Positions 42,827 to 58,441 of a DNA stretch of 64,000 nt are shown here, in pieces; within the stretch, counting starts at the first letter, position 1, and each line of letters opens with the position of its first letter. The translations under genes were made by a program, and so were the position numbers. Under the pieces are notes generated by a model. The model had not been told where the DNA came from, made no database searches, and was given only the letters and a program-made list of their open reading frames with translations. Source of the DNA: the human T2T-CHM13v2.0 reference genome, Homo sapiens; assembly GCF_009914755.1 (NCBI RefSeq), contig NC_060943.1; one strand, 5' to 3'.

Positions 42827-44638
42827 TGGAATTCTCCTTTACCTCAAGAATGCCTTATGTGTTGTGTGTAGCATGCACCTTCTTGTGGAAACAGCTTCAC
42901 ATGTGAGAGCCCTAGCACGCAGGTGATTTCAGGACCACCCCCAGCCCATCCCGTGGCGCAGGATCCAGGCAGCTGCAGTGCAGGCGAGGACCCCTGGCTG
43001 GGCGCGGTCCTGTGCGGGTCCCTGTGCGGTGCAGGCGTCCATGCACTCTGAGACTCTCAGCCTGCTCTGTGGCCTGTCACGTTGTGTGTGGGGCAAGACG
43101 CTTGGGTGCACATATGTGAGAATGGGACTGTGTGTGTGAGTGGAATGCGCTGTTGGGAGCGTGTGGGGTGTGTGTGTGTGGCACCTGCGGTTGGGGTGTG
43201 TGACTGTGTAGGGTGGGGATCTGTGATTATATGAATATGAGGGTGTGATTGTTGCTGGGACTGGGCACGTGGCTGCCTCTGTCTCTGCCTCTGTGTCTGA
43301 TAGAGACAGGAAGAGATGGGGGAGGCCTGGTGTGGGGGCCCTGCGGGACAGGGCCAGGGGACCCTTCCTCACTTTACGCCATCTGAGGACCCTCCCCAAG
43401 GGGAAAAGCCAGCTACAGTGGAAAAGCACTGGCAGAGTGGGCTTCGTCCTGGGGAGAGAGGCTGGGAGACTGCAGCTGAAAGATGTGGGCTCCAGGAGGG
43501 CCTCAGGGGGCTGAGCATCAGGGTCAGGGAATAGAGGGCCTGGGAGCAGAGGGCGGCCCTCCCTCCATCTTCCTTCCTTCTCTGGACTTCAGAGCACTGT
43601 GTCCCCTTCCCACTTGCACAGCTGCAGGTGGAGCCAGCTGGGGGGCTTTCTAGAGGGAGTGGGGTCCTCTGAGGGCCAAGAGGGCCAGGTCCCTGAGGAC
43701 CTGAGGCCCCTCTGGGCCTCCCAGGGCTGGGCCTGTGGCTCTGATCTGCTTTGTCCTGGGAGGGACATGCTCAGTGGTGGGGTTTGTGTAGCTGTCACTC
43801 ACTCACCTGCCTGTGCCCAGCCACTCACCTCTCACTCCCATCAGCCCCACCCAATACACACGTGGTTCCTCAACTACCATGAGGGGAAGTTCCTGCCTGT
43901 GTCACACACATCCATCCCACCCACCACACTGCAGGTTACAGGACTGCCCCACAAGTGCCACCATGCCCACATGAGGTTACCTGGCACACAGGTATCCTCA
44001 CCTGCATGACATGACCAGATCGTGCACTTTCTATGCCAGGGCCAGGGCCAGGGCAAGCTTGCACCTTCAGCCTTGGGGACACTGGGGGTGGTGGTGGCTG
44101 GAGGCCAGGGAAGTCACCAGGCTGGAGACATCATCTACCTCCAGGAGAGGGTTGATATCAGACATCTCCCGTGCACCACTTTAAGCCACCTCAGCCTCAC
44201 CTGGGAATCTGGCTGCAGGTGAGTCCCAGCAGTGGACCAGCATGGGACCAGCAGTTCCATGAAGCTTTAGACCATCTCTAGGCTTAGGAAGGGGCTCCCT
44301 TGTCATCACTTGGTCCGGGCTGCACGTCTTGTGACCAAGGGCTCTGGACGGCAGATGCAGCCAGCCAGAGCGTGGGGCTGAGGGGCCTGGGCACAGGAGG
44401 GATGTGAGGGCTTCCCTGCACCCCCATGGCCACCATTTCAGAGGGAGGACAGCAATTGTTTGGGTTTGTCCTGTGAGTGGTGGCAGAGAGCAGGGCCCTG
44501 GGCAGGTCCAGGGCCAGACAGGAATCCTGTGCTGCAGCCTCGGGGCCACAAGGGCACAGCATGGGGCCGGTGTGGGGGTGTTCCCTGTGCCAAACACATT
44601 GGCAGGAGGTGCCCTGGGGTCAGTGGGTATGTCAGAGC

Positions 44639-45039
44639 TGTCAGGCCTCTGAGCCCAAGCTAAGCCATCATATCCCCTGTGACCTGCATGTATACATCCA
44701 GATGGCCTGAAGTAACTGAAGAATCACAAAAGAAGTGAAAATGGCTTGTTCCTGCCTTAACTGATGGCATTACCTTGTGAAATTTCTTCTCCTGGCTCAT
44801 CCTGGCTCAAAAGCTCCCCCACTGAGCACCTTGTGACCCCCACCCCTGCCAGCCAGAGGACAACCTCCTTTGACTGTAATTTTCCACTACCTACCCAAGT
44901 CCTATAAAACAGCCCCACCCCTATCTCCCTTCGCTGACTCTGTTTTCGGACTCAGCCCGCCTGCACCCAGGTGAAATAAACAGCCTTGTTGCTCACACAA
45001 AGCCTGTTTGGTGGTCTCTTCACACGTACGCGCGTGAAA
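44639..45039 (+). mobile_element. LTR7 (HERV-H 5' LTR)
   Basis: Starts TGTCAGGCCTCTGAGCCCAAGCTAAGCC; TATAAA at 44903; AATAAA at 44975; ends CGCGTGAAA. Confidence 0.95.
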
Positions 45040-48000
45040 TTTGGTGCCGTGACTTGGATGGGGGGACCTCCCTTGGGAGATCAATCCCCTGTCCTCCTGC
45101 TCTTTGCTCCATGAGAAAAAGATCCACGTACAATCTCTGGTCCTCAGACCAACCAGCCCAAGGAACATCTCACCAATTTTAAATTGGGTAGGTGGCCTCT
45201 CTTTACTCTCTTCTCCAACTTCTCTCACTATCCCTCCACCTCTTTCTCCTTTCAGTCTTGGCGCCACACTTCAATCTCTCCCTTCTCTTAATTTCAGTTC
45301 CTTTTCTGATAGAGACAGAGAAGACGCGTATTATCCGTGAGCCCAAAACTCTGGTGCCAGTCAAGGACTCGGGAAAACAGCCTTCCCTTGGTGTTTAATC
45401 ACTGTGAGGACACCTGCTTGATTATTCACCCACGTTTCAGAGGTGTCTGATCACTGCGGGGACGCCTGCCTTGATCCTTCACCCTTAGTGGCAAGCACCA
45501 CTTTTTGGGGGGCAAGCAACCCCCCACCCCTTCTCTCCGTGTCTCTACCCTCTCTTTTCTCTCCACTTTCTTGTGGGGCAAGCACTCCCCACTCCTTCTT
45601 CACTTTCCTCTGGGTGGCAAGCATCCCCCACCCCTTCTCTCCCTGTCTCTACCCTCTCTTTTCTCTCCACTTTCCAGGGGGACAAGCACCCCCCTCCCCT
45701 TCTCTCCGTGTCTCTACCCTCTCTTTTCTCTGGACTTGCCTCCTTCCCTATAGGCAAACTTCCACCCTCCATTCCTCCTTCTTCTTCCTTAGCCTGTGTT
45801 CTCAAGAACTTAAAACCTCTTCAACTCACACCTGACCTAAAGCCTAAATGCCTTATTTTCTTCTGCAATGCCACTTAACCTCAATACAAACTTGACAATG
45901 GTTCCAAATAGCCAGAAAATGGCACTTTCGAGTTCTCCATCCTACAAGATCTAGATAATTCTTGTCATAATATGGGCAAATGGTCTGAGGTGCTTGATGT
46001 CCAGGCATTCTTTTACACACTGGTCCCTCCCTAGTCTCTGTTCCCAATGCAACTCATCCCAAATCTTCCTTCTTCCCCCCCCCCCCCGCCTGTCCCCTCA
46101 GTCCCAACCGCAAGTGTTGCTGCGTCTTTCCAATCGTTCTTCTTTACAGACCCATCTGACATCTCCCCTCCTCCCCAGGCTGCTCCTCGCCAGGCCAAGC
46201 CAGGTCCCAATTCTTCCTCAGCCTCTGCTCCCCCACCCTATAATCCTTTCATCACCTCCCTTCTTCACACCTGGTCCGGCTTACAGTTTCATTCCACGAC
46301 TAGCCCTTCCCCACCTGCCCAACAATTTCGTCTTAAAGAGGTAGCTGGAGCTAAAGGCATAGTCAAGGTTAACGCTCCTTTTTCTTTATCCGACCTCTCC
46401 CAAATCAGTTAGCGTTTAGGCTCTTTTTCCTCAAATATAAAAACCCAGCCCAGTTCATGGCTTGTCTGGCAGCAACCCTGAGACACTTTACAGCCCTAGA
46501 TCCTAAAAGGTCAAAAAGCTGTCTTATTCTCAATATACATTTTATTACCTAATCTGCTCCCAACATTAAATAAAACTCCAAAAATTAAACTCCAGCCCTC
46601 AAACCCCACAACAGGACTTAATTAACCCCACCTTCAAGATGTACAGTAATAGACTAGAGGCAGCCAAGTAGCAACATATTTCTGAGTTGCAATTCCTTGC
46701 CTCCACTGTGAGAGAAACCCCAGGCACATCTCCAGCACACAAGAACTCCAAACACCTGAACCACAGTGGCCAGGCGTTCCTTCAGGACTGCCTGCCCCAG
46801 GAGCTTGCTTCAAGTGCTGGAAATCTGGCCACTAGGCCAAGGAATGCCTGCAGCCTGGGATTCCTCCTAAGCCATGTCCCATCTGTGTGGGACCCCACTG
46901 GAAATCGGACTGTCCAACCCGGCAGCCACTCTCAGAGCCCCTGGAACTCTGGCCCAAGGCTCTCTGACGGACTCCTTCCCAGATCTTCTCGGCTTAGTGG
47001 CTGAAGACTGATGCAGCCTGATCACCTTGGAAGCCCCCTGGACGCCGAGCTTCTGGTGACTCTCACAGTGGAGGGTAAGTCCGTCCCCTTCTTAATCAAT
47101 ACAGAGGCTACCCCCTCCACATTACCTTCTTTTCAAGGGCCTGTTTCCTTTGCCTCCATAACTGTTGTGGGTATTGACAGCCAGGATTCTAGACCCCTTA
47201 AATCTCCCCCACTCTGGTGCCAACTTGGACAATACTCTTTTATGCACTTCTTTTTAGTTATCCCCACCTGCCTAGTTCCCTTATTAGGTCTAGGCATTTT
47301 AACTAAATCATCTGCTTCCCTGACTATTCCTAGGCTACAGCCACACCTCATTGCTGCCCTTTTCCCCAGTTCAAAGCCTCCTTCACATCTTCCCCTTGTA
47401 TCTCCGCACCTTAATCCACAAGTATAGGACACCTCTACTGCCTCCTTGGTGACTGATCATGCACCCCTTACCATCCCATTAAAACCTAATCACCCTTACC
47501 CCACTCAATGCCAATATCCCATCCCACAGCATGCTTTGAAAGGATTAAACCTGTTATCACTCACCTGCTACAGCATAGCCTTTTAAAGCTTATAAACTCT
47601 CCTTACAATTCCCCCATTTTACCTGTCCAAAAACTGGAAAAGCCTTACAGGTTAGTTCAGGATCTGCACCTTATTAACCAAATTGTCTTGCCTATCCACC
47701 CCATGGTGCCAAAGCCATATACTCTTCTATTCTCAATACCTCCCTCCCCAACCCCTCCATAACCCATTATTCTGTTCCGGATCTCAAACACGCTTTCTTT
47801 ACTATTCCTTTGCACACTTCATCCCAGCCTCTCTTTGCTTTCACTTGGACTGACCCTGACAACCATCAGCCTCAGCAAATTACCTGGGCTGTACTACTGC
47901 AAGCCTTCACAGACAGCCCCCATTACTTCAGTCAAGCCCAAATTTCATCCTCATCTGTAACCTATCTCAGCATAATTCTCATAAAAACACACATGCTCTC

Positions 48001-48273
48001 CCTGCTGATCATGTCTGGCTAATCTCCCAAACCCCAATCCCTTCTACAAAACAACAACTCCTTTCCTTCCTAGGCATGGTTAGGTACTTCCGCCTTTGGA
48101 TACCTAGTTTTGCCATCCTCACAAAAGCAAACCTAGCTGACCCCACAGATCCTAACACCTCTCAGCAAGCCAGACTCATTGCCTTAACTCAGGCCCTCAC
48201 TCTTGCAAAGAGACTTTGCATCAGTATTTATACTGACTGTCAATATGCCTTCCATATCCTGCACCACCATGCT
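45040..48273 (+). mobile_element. HERV-H internal region (deleted type): leader with tandem repeats, gag, pro, partial RT and RNase H relics; 3' truncated
   Basis: LKEVAGAKGIVKVNAPFSLSDL (gag), FLINTEAT (protease without the catalytic Asp), SPYNSPILPVQK...YRLVQDL and FAFTWTDPD (RT, YxDD region missing), IYTDCQYAF (RNase H); multiple stops and frameshifts. Confidence 0.93.
45042..45059 (+). promoter_or_regulatory. tRNA-His primer-binding site
   Basis: TGGTGCCGTGACTTGGAT, one C>T from the HERV-H PBS TGGTGCCGTGACTCGGAT, immediately after the LTR. Confidence 0.9.
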
Positions 48274-48551
48274 CCTGCTGCAGTTAACTAGCCCAACCTA
48301 TTCCTTTAATTCAGCCCATCCCTTTGTTTCCCATAAAGGATACTTTTAGTTAATTTAATATCTATAGAAACAATGCTAATGACTCATTTGCTGTTAATCA
48401 ATACGTGGGTAAATCTCTGTTTGGGGCTCTCAGCTCTGAAGGCTGTGAGACCCCTGATTTCCCACGTCACACCTCTGTATTTCTGTGCGTGTGTCTTTAA
48501 CTCCTCTAGCACCACTGGGTTAGGGTCTCCCCGACTGAGCTGGTCTCGGCA
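48274..48551 (+). mobile_element. 3' portion of an LTR2-family (HERV-E/Harlequin) LTR
   Basis: Ends GGGTTAGGGTCTCCCCGACTGAGCTGGTCTCGGCA, the recalled LTR2 U5 terminus; no similarity to LTR7. Confidence 0.75.
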
Positions 48552-50260
<1,709 letters not shown>

Positions 50261-50668
50261 ATGTAGAGGTGATTTCTATTTATTCCAACAGAGCTAGTCT
50301 TCTTCTTTTCATAGCCTGCTTTGTACCCTACGACCTGGCATTTTCTGGATGACATCATTGGGCTATGTTGACCTTTGGTTTTCTGTGGGTTGACACATTG
50401 GAGATAGGGCAGGACATGGGAGGGAAGACAAGAGTGAGATGGGGGGATTCACTCCCAGCTGCCCTTCTTTGGGGCTACAAGTTGGCCATGGCTGTGTTCC
50501 TCTCCTGTGGCCAAAGGTCCTGTGAGCTCACCCTCCCACAAGTACAAGTCTCACTGGATCATAGCAACAGCTCCTTTCCTTGCCTCCCATTAGATATTTC
50601 GCTCTTGCTTGCCTTGGGAATTTTGTTATTGGTTTCCCTTAACTTTCCTCACAGCAGAGCCATAAGCC

Positions 50669-51285
50669 TGTGAACCCAAAAGTATCTGAGACAGGTCTCA
50701 ATCAATTTAGAAAGTTTATTTTGCCAAGGCTAGGGATGTGTCTATGACACAGCTTCAGGAGGTCCTGAGGACACGTGCACAAGGTGGTCAGAGTACAGCT
50801 TGCTTTTATACATTTTAGGGAGATATAATACATCAATCAATGCATGTAAGATTTACATTGCTTGGATCTGGAAGAGCAGAATGACTTGAAGTGGGGTTGG
50901 GGGGGCTTCCAGTTCTTAGGTGGGTTTAAAATTTTTCTGATTGACAGTGGGTTCAAAGAGTGATTGTCAATAGAAAAGAATGTCTGGGTTGTGATAAGGG
51001 ATGGTGGAGACCAAGGTTTTATCATGCAGATGAAGTGTCCAGGTAGCAGGCTTCAGAAATAATAGATTGTAAATGTTTCTTATCAGACTTAAGGTCTGTG
51101 TTGATGTTAAATCCTGGTTGGTTTTTCCTGAATTCCAAAAGGGAGATGGGTATAATGAGGCAGGTTTGACCCCTCCTTCCATTATGACCTGAACTAGTTT
51201 TTTAGGTTAGCTTTGGAATGCCCTTGGCCAAGAGGAGGGGTCCGTTCAGATGGTTAGGGGCCTTATAATTTTATTTTTTGTTTAT
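50669..51285 (-). mobile_element. MER4A-type ERV1 solo LTR
   Basis: TGTGAACCCAAAAGTATCTGAGACAGGTCTCAATCAATTTAGAAAGTTTATT terminus; apparent AGCC TSD. Confidence 0.75.
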
Positions 51286-51416
51286 AGCCATTCATTAAAC
51301 TCTTGTCACGTATCCTGTGTGAGTGTGCCGTTTCCTTCCTGCAGGGACACTGACTGATATAGGGAATGCACCCTGATAGTTTATGCTTTGGAAGAATTTG
51401 TATAAGATTGGAGTGG

Positions 51417-52110
51417 TGTAAGTGCCTGACAGGTTCTTCCTGCCTGCTGCACAAGCAAATCAATTCATGGAGACCATGGCATTGCAGTGAAGAAAGAGTT
51501 TAATTGATGCGAGGCTGGTCAAACCACACCAGTGACAGAGTTATCATCAAGGCAATCTCATCGAAGGCTCAGAGGCCAGGTGTTTTTCAAATATGCTTGG
51601 TGGGCAGGGAGCTCGGGTATGAGGAGTGCTGAGTGGTTGGGTTGGAGATGAAATCATAGGAAGTGAAGCTGTCTTTTTGCATGGAGTTACTTCTGGAGGC
51701 CACAGGAACAACTGGTGGGTCCAGGAGAAGCCATTGGTGTTAGACATTAAAAAAAAAAAACACCTAAAAAGGCATCTCAAAAGGCCAATCACAGGTTCTA
51801 CCATAGTGATGGTATCTGCAGGAGTAATTGGGGAAGTTGCATATCTGTGAATTCCAGAATAATTGCTGGCAATTATTTAATATATTACATTTAATTTTTT
51901 TATTTTAACAGCTTTGTTAAAGTATAATTGACATATAACAAGTATGTATATCTAAAGTATATAATTTGTAACTTTTGTTTATGTCTGTATCTTGGCCAAA
52001 TTAAGGCTCCTCTATCCTCCTAGCCTGATGGTCTCTCATTAGCTTTACAAAGACAGTTGAGTTTTGGGGAAGGGCTATTATGATTTAAAGTATGAACTAA
52101 ATGTTTCTTT
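51417..52110 (-). mobile_element. MER4-group ERV1 LTR (LTR8-related)
   Basis: TGTAA...GGTTCTTCCTGCCTGCTGC...GCAGTGAAGAAAGAGTTTAAT terminus; subfamily uncertain. Confidence 0.55.
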
Positions 52111-52654
52111 TCAATGTTCCTCTTTTCACTAATCTATTAAGTCAATTCTAATTATATTTTAAAATCTTGTATATGTTCATTAAATTAAATTTTTTTGTCA
52201 TAATACTTTCATTGAATTATAAGTGACATATAACAAGCGTGTATATCTAAAGTATATAATTTGTAACTTTTGACAGTGGTAAAAACCAGAACAACCACCA
52301 TAATGATCAAAATAATGAACACATCCCTCACCTCCAAATGTTTTGTTGTGCCTGTGTGTAACACCCTCTCTTGTATCTCCTTAACCCCTTCCTCCTCTCT
52401 CTTTCTCCTTTTTTTTTTTTTTTTTTTTTTTTGGAGACAGAGTCTTGCTCTGTCACCTAGGCTGGAGTGCCATAGCACAGTCTTGGCTCACTGCAACTTC
52501 TGCCTCCCGGGTTATGAAATTCTCCTGCCTCAGCCTCCCGAGTAGCTGGGATTATAGGCGTGTGCCACCATGCGAGACTAATTTTTGTATTTTTAGTAGA
52601 GATGGGGTTTCACCATGTTGGCCAGGCCGGTCTCAAACTCCTGACCACAGATGA

Positions 52655-52762
<108 letters not shown>

Positions 52763-53659
52763 TAGATTAGTTTGCTTTATGTAAATTCAATCATACAGTA
52801 TGAAATGTTATTGTTTCCTCAAAGAGAAGTCTTTTAGGTTAATCTGTGTCATGTGTATGAATACTTTATATCTTTTTTGAGTGTTAAATTTTAAAAAATT
52901 ACATATGGCAAAACTCAGTATTTATGATGTACATTTCCATGAGTTTTGACAGCTATGTCTTATGTACGTTTTGTATTGGTGTCTAGAATCTCAAACACTA
53001 CCATCACAATAGAGATGCTATTTTCTTACTTTCAAACATTTCTTGTGTTGTGCTTTTGTAGTGAAATATTCTCTTCGCCCTTAATCTAATTCTGAGTGGC
53101 CACTGGTTTGTTCTTTATTCCAATAACTTTGCCTTTTCTAGAACTGCTTATCAATGCAATAATACAATAAGTAGCTTTTTGTGTCTGGCTTCTTTCAATA
53201 ATTTTATCATTTACACATTCTAACTAGGATCTTACATTTTTAAAGGTATCATGTATCCTTATGAATATTCATTTTTTCAGATGTTTTAATTACTGGAAAT
53301 AAGATTACTCATCTTATTTCTTAAAAATCTGGATCTTATGCGCCAATATATTTAATATACATTTTTGTTTAGTTACTAGATGAGATTTGTTTTTCCCCTC
53401 CAGCTTTATTGGTATAATTGACAAATAGGAATTGTGTATATATAAAATGCACAAGTAGATACTTTGATATACATTCACATTGTGAAATAATCATCATACT
53501 CAAGCTAATGAACATATGCATCATAGATTTAATATCATATTTAGTATCTTAAAATTAAAGAAGTATTGAAGGAAGCCAGACTCGGAAGGCTACATATTGC
53601 ATGATTTCATTTATAGGCAGTTCCAGAAAAGGCAAAGCTTTTAAAAGATTTTTGAAGTT

Positions 53660-53987
53660 TCATTTACTCATGGTCAACTGGGGTCTGAAAACAGATGAGG
53701 CAGTACAACAAGATATATAAGATATATGAGAGAGAGAGAGAGAAAGAAAGAGAGATAAACCACATTCACACAACTTTTATTACAGCATATTGGTATAAAT
53801 TTTTATTTTATTATTAGCCTTTGTTGCTAATCTCTTCTTGTGTTTAATTTAGAAATTAAACTTTATCATATGTATGGATGTATCAAAAAAACAGCACGTT
53901 GTGTATAAGGTTTGGTACTATGAATGGTTTAAGGTACTCATTGGGGGTCTTGGAATGTATCCCTTGCAGATAATGGGGGGCTACTCT
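53660..53987. mobile_element. MER44/Tigger7-type DNA transposon fragment
   Basis: Terminal GGGGGTCTTGGAATGTATCCC...GATAATGGGGGGCTACT. Confidence 0.6.
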
Positions 53988-54204
53988 ACACTATAGAGTA
54001 TTATGAATCATGGTCATCATACTGTCCATTAAATCTCCAGAGTTCATTCATCTTGCATAGCTGAAACTTTGTACCCTTGACCAGTAACTTCTCAATCCTC
54101 TCTCCTGCTTCTTCTGGGCTCCCTGGAAACCACCATTCTGCTCTCTGATTCTACGAGTTTGAGTATTTTACATACCACATAGAAGTCAGATCATATAGGA
54201 TTTT

Positions 54205-54649
54205 TGTCATGAGTCATGAGTATGTGGGTCTGGTGCACAGGTGGTAAAAAGAATTTACTAAGACAGTTGTAGGTAAAGAAAGGCAGATTTATTAGAAAAT
54301 GTATAAAACTATGTTGCAAGAAAGCAATGGGCAAGTCAGCAAGAGAGGTGCTGACTGCCAGGAGATAAAGGCTTGCTGGGGATTTTATAGGATGGTGCTT
54401 GTACTGTGTGCTGGAGAGGGCTATGTGCAGTACTCTATTGCCAAGGTTGCAGTGATCTAACGTGCATTTTCCTATCAATCAGCCGAGGGTCTCATGATAA
54501 TTCAGGTGCAGGAGGATTTTGAATTATTTGTGCAGGAGGGCTATATGTTCCGGACCGTAAGGAAGGGCAGACTGATAATTTATCTGCTTTCTCTTTTTGC
54601 TTTCCCCTGCTCCCACCAGCCTCACTCATTTTCTCTAATTAGTGCCCCA
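54205..54649 (-). mobile_element. Solo ERV LTR (ERVL, LTR47-like) inserted in L1
   Basis: TG...CA-bounded ~445-bp block that interrupts otherwise continuous L1 sequence; family tentative. Confidence 0.5.
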
Positions 54650-55794
54650 TTGATTTGTCTTTCCGTGTCTCCCTTATTTTTCTTAGCATAGTGTCCTCCA
54701 GATTCATCCATTTTATTGTAAATGGTAGGGTTTCCTTCTTTTTTTAAAAACTGAACAGTAGTCCATTATATCTTTTGTAGAACGGAAAAATGTATATATC
54801 ACATTTTCTTCATCCATTCATCCATTAACAGAAAGTTTGATTGTTTCCATATCTTGGTGATTGTGAATAATGCTACAATGAACAGGGGAGTGCAGATGCC
54901 TGTTTGAGATACTGATTTTATTTCCATTGATTGTATATTCAAATGTGGGATTGCTGGGTCATATGGTAATTCCAACTCTATGCTGCTTTTCATAGAGGCT
55001 GCACAATTTTACGTTTCCAACAACAGTGCACAAGGTTCTCAATTTCTTCACATCATCATGAACGCTTGTTATTTTTTGTCTTTTTGATAGTAGCTATGAT
55101 AATGGGTGTGAGATGATAGATAGCTCATGGTTTTGGTTTGCATTTTTTCTGATGATCAGTGATGTTGAACACCTTTTCAAGCATCTATTGGCCATTCGTA
55201 TGTCCTTTTAGGAAAAATATCTATGCATGTCCTTTGTCCATTTTCAATTGGATTGTTTATTTATTTTTTTGCTATTGAGTGTATGAATTAATTACATATT
55301 TTGGATATTAACTTCTTATTAAATACATGGTTCTCAAATACTTTCTCTGGTCTGTAGGTTGATGTCTCCAGCTTTGTCTTCTTGGTCAGGATTGGTTTGT
55401 CTATTTTGGCTTTTTTTGTGATTCCATAAACACTTTAGAATTGTTTTTTCCTATTTCTGTAGAAAATGCCATTGGGATTTTCCTAGGGATTGGCTTGAAT
55501 CTGTAGATTCTTTGGTAGTGTGGATACTTTAACATTATTAATTATTCAAATCTGTGAACATAAGAGTTCTTTCCATTTCTCTGTGTCTTCTTTAATTTTC
55601 TTCATCAATGTTTTATGGTTTTCAGTGTACAAGTCTTTTACTTCTTTGGCTTAGTTTATCCTAATAATTTTATTCTTTTTGTTGTTATTGCAAATGTAAT
55701 TGTTGCCATATTTTCCTTATTGGATAGTTCTTTGTTAGTATACAGACATACCTCCGATTTTTGTAGGTTTATTTTGTATTTTGCAACATTACTG

Positions 55795-56110
55795 AATTTA
55801 TTAGTTTATAATTATTATTTATTAGTTTATTATTTTAGTTATTATTTATTAGTTTATTTTAGTTATTTATTATTAGTTATTATTTATTAGTTATTATTTG
55901 TTAGTTTATTATTAGTAATTATTACTAATAATATATAACTATTATATAATATATAATATAACTATTATAATATTATAACTATATATAATATATAGCTATT
56001 ATATATATAACTATAATATATAACTATTATAAATAAATAATAACGAATAGTAATTAGTTATTATTAGTTTATTATTAGCAATTATAATTATTAGTTTATT
56101 AGTTTATAAT
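55795..56110. repeat. AT-rich low-complexity expansion with palindromes
   Basis: TTATTAGTT and TATAAC-type units, almost no G/C. Confidence 0.9.
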
Positions 56111-58250
56111 TTTATGTGTGCATATTAAGTCTTTAGGGTTTTCTACGTATAACATCATGTAATCGTCTTTTTTTTTTTTTTTTTTTTTGAGACAGGATCT
56201 TGCTCTGTCGCTCAGGGTAGAGTGCAGTGGCGTGATCTTGGTCAGCTTCCCAAGTAGCTGGAATTACAGGTGTGCACAATCTCACCTGGATAATTTTTGT
56301 ATTTTTAGTGGAGACAGGTCTAACCATGTTGGCCAGGCTGGTCTCAAACTCCTGACCTCCAGTGATTCACCTGCCTTGGCCTCCAAAGTGCTGGCATTAC
56401 AGGCTTGAGCCACCACGCCTGGTCAACATCATGTGATCTTGTAAGAGATACTGTTTTACTTCACTTTTTTCTGATTTAGATGCCTTTTCTTTTCTTGCCG
56501 CATTACTCTTGGTAGGACTTACAGTTCCATGTTAAATACAAGTGGTAAGAGTGGGCATTCTTATCTTGTTCCTGATCTTAGAAGAAAGAATTTTAGTTTC
56601 TCTTGATTGATTATGATGGTAGCAGTGGGCTTTTTATATATGACCATATTTGTGTTGAGGTAAGTTCCTTCAATACCTATTTTGGTGGTGGTTTTAATAT
56701 GAATGGACGTTGGGTAATGTCAGGTATTTTTCTGCATCTTTTAAAATGATCCTGTGGTTTTTATTCTTCATTCTGTTAATATGGTGTGCCATGTTGATGG
56801 ATTTGCATATTTTGAAACATCTTTCATTTCAGGGATAAATTCTACTTGGTCATATTGTGTAATTCTGTTCATGTGTTTGAACTTGGTTTTCTACTATGTT
56901 ATTGAAGATTTAAAAAATCTATGTTCATTGTGAATATTAGATTGTAGCTTTTTTTCTTTTCTTCTTTTGCTTTTATCATTTTAGATGGACACAATAATAA
57001 TTGTATATATTTATGGGGTACAGTATGATATTTCAATACATGTATACAATGTGTAATGATCAAAGCAGCCTGATTAGCATATACACCTCAAACATTGATC
57101 ATTACTTTGCATTGGGAACATGCAGTATCTGCTCTTCTAGGTATTTGAAAATATACAGTAAGCCAGGTGCAGTGGCTCATGCCTGTAATCCCAGCACTTT
57201 GGGAGGCTGAGGTGGGAGGATCACGAGGTCAGGAGATCGAGACCATCCTGGCTAACACGGTGAAACCCTGTCTCTACTAAAAATACAAAAAATTAGCAGG
57301 GTGTGGTGGCGGGCAACTGTAATCCCAGCTACTCAGGAAGCTGAGGCAGGAGAATGGCATGAACCTGGGAGGCAGAGCTTGCAGTGAGCTGAGATTGTGC
57401 CACTGCACTCCAGCCTGGGCGACAGAGCGAGACTTCATCTCAAAAAAAATATATATATATATACAGTAAATTGTGTAATACAGTCACCCTACAATCCTAT
57501 AGAACACTAGAACTTATTCCTCCTATCTAGCTGCACTTTTGTATCCATCCATCAATCTTTGGCTATATTCCCACCTCCCCCAACTCTTTCTTGCCTCAAG
57601 TAACCCTTAGTCTACACTCTCCTTCTATGAGAGCAACTTTTTAACCTTCCACATGTGAGTGAGAACATACAGTATTTATCTTTCTGTGTCTTGGCTTCTT
57701 TTGCTTAACACAATGACTCCAAGCTCATTTATGTTGCTGCAAATGACAGCATTTTATTCTTTTTCATAGCTAGATCATATTCCATTGTGTATTTATACCA
57801 TATGTTCTTCATTTGTTCACATGTTCATGGACACTTAGGTTGATTCCATGTTTTGTCCATTGTGAACAGTGTTGCAATAAACATGAGAGTGCAGATACCT
57901 CTTTGATATACTGACTTCCTTTTGTCTGGATGTGTACCCAGTAATGGGATTGCTTGACCATATATGGTAAATCTATTTTTAGTTTTTTGAGGAACCCCCC
58001 ATAGTGTTTTTCCTCATGGCTGTAATAATTTACGTTCCCACAAACAGCATACAAGAGTTCTCTTTTCTTTGCTTTCTCACTAGCATTTGGTATCTTTTGT
58101 CTTTGTCATAGTAGCCATTTTAACTGGGATGAGATGATATCTGAATGTGATTTTGATGTGCATATCCTGTATGATAAGTGATGTTGAGCATTTTAAAAAT
58201 ATTAGTTGGCCATATGTATGTCATCTTTTGAGAGATGTTTATTCAGCTAA

Positions 58251-58441
<191 letters not shown>

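Noticed and set aside
43729-44222. Short stretches resembling secretoglobin signal peptides (VALICFVLGG; LSLTWESGC before a GT donor)
   Set aside because: No in-frame ATG, flanking stops, not preserved in the paralogous block and no matching exon 2; too weak to call a pseudogene
46047-48291. Functional HERV-H Gag/Pro/Pol
   Set aside because: Fragmented by stops and frameshifts; the protease DTG reads NTE and the RT YxDD region is deleted
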